Positions 62,906 to 64,000 of a stretch of DNA of 64,000 nt are shown one piece after another. The stretch's first letter is position 1. Every line of letters begins with the position of its first letter. The notes under the pieces were generated by a model. That model was not told the origin of the DNA and made no database searches. It was given only the letters and a program-made list of their open reading frames with translations. A program made the position numbers and the translations under genes. Source of the stretch: Octopus vulgaris (lineage: Eukaryota); contig OX597815.1 of assembly GCA_951406725.2 (NCBI GenBank), forward strand, positions 184,450,001 to 184,514,000. The letters are read 5' to 3'.

Positions 62906-64000
62906 CTTATAATATATATATATATATATATACATACACGTGTACTAATTCTTTTAATGCAGATCGATATCGTTTTGTTTCAAATACTAATACATTGCTG
63001 AACCACAAAGAGTTTTCGCTAATAAGTTTAGATCTATAAAGTATTATAACCTCACATAACAACATCACCGGGACAATAGCAGCTAGAAGAAGGCTATCAT
63101 CCTGTTGCTGAATCTTTCTTGTAATCAGATTTTGTTGCTAGTGTTTAGAATATTTAGATTGTCACGAAGGCATTATCCGGCAGATAGTAATTATTTTAAT
63201 AAACTTCTCAGAAATATTTGTATAAATGCCTTGCAAGTTGGGACTGTCATGATTATGGATCCCTCTCAAATTTACTATTCACCATTTTACAAATGTCAGC
63301 ATATTTAACAGTTGAAATCTAATTGAATGTCTATTATGGTGTTGACGATACCAAAAATATTATTTACCGTACATTTTATAAAAGAAATGCACTTTAAAGC
63401 ATTAGATCTTGCATTTACTTCGAATCGAATTAATATTCCCTAATTGTTGAACATTTATTCCGGAATCATACTTAACGAGTCACATATTTTTACCAAAATT
63501 CATATGGAGGCTAACAAAAAGAAATTAAAACTATGATATCAAGTAGAAATAATTTTTCCGCCATATCTTATAAACATCTTGTATACTCCGCCATATCCTA
63601 TAGACATCTTCTATACTCCGCAATTTTGAAGCTTATAAAATACCATTTTCAATAGACTTCACAGCATAGAAATTTCCAGTTAGTTTCTGGCTGCTTGCAT
63701 AAAAAGATTTACAGTCCTGGAATTCTTTTAAAAAATTGTTAGATAGCAACATCAAGAAAAATTTACGAAAGCGAATCCCTGCTGTGTACGAAATAAAATT
63801 AGCTTTAAATTTTTTCATATTGATTTCATTCTTCAATACATTTTAACATCCATTTCATTACATTTCTACATTTCTCAAACAAGTCGACTACTTAAAAAAG
63901 GAAAAAAAATCAAAGCAACTAGAATCGAAATCAATGTTTTCTATTAGATTGATTTTATTTATAAGATTTTTTTTCTCTTTGAGAGGGTTGGAAATGATTT

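Noticed and set aside
63557-63620. 30 bp tandem duplication (tccgccatatc.tata.acatctt.tatac)
   Set aside because: Two copies only; ordinary local duplication.

Overview
AT-rich, microsatellite-saturated animal DNA. The SINE, LINE, Helitron and microsatellite content suggests an octopus/coleoid cephalopod; this is inferred from repeat style, not confirmed by a search. There is one clear host gene, an intronless class A neuropeptide GPCR most like NPY/NPF receptors (17909-19168, +). Its DRY motif reads YRF. The rest is mobile DNA and simple repeats: three tRNA-derived SINE families, degenerate CR1-like LINEs, Penelope-like (RT + GIY-YIG) remnants, non-autonomous Helitrons, Tc1/mariner relics, a foldback MITE and an ~8.4 kb (TA/CA) microsatellite field. 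The most notable hidden signal is a set of type I hammerhead-ribozyme motifs with palindromic stem III, of the Penelope pLTR/retrozyme kind. One core-intact copy (58661-58759) lies in a young, non-coding ~830 bp inverted-plus-tandem element with a 468 bp repeat period and a ribozyme core on each strand. A second divergent pair is at 62246-62420, and about ten decayed candidates are scattered through the window. Nearly all long ORFs in the supplied track are microsatellite artefacts.
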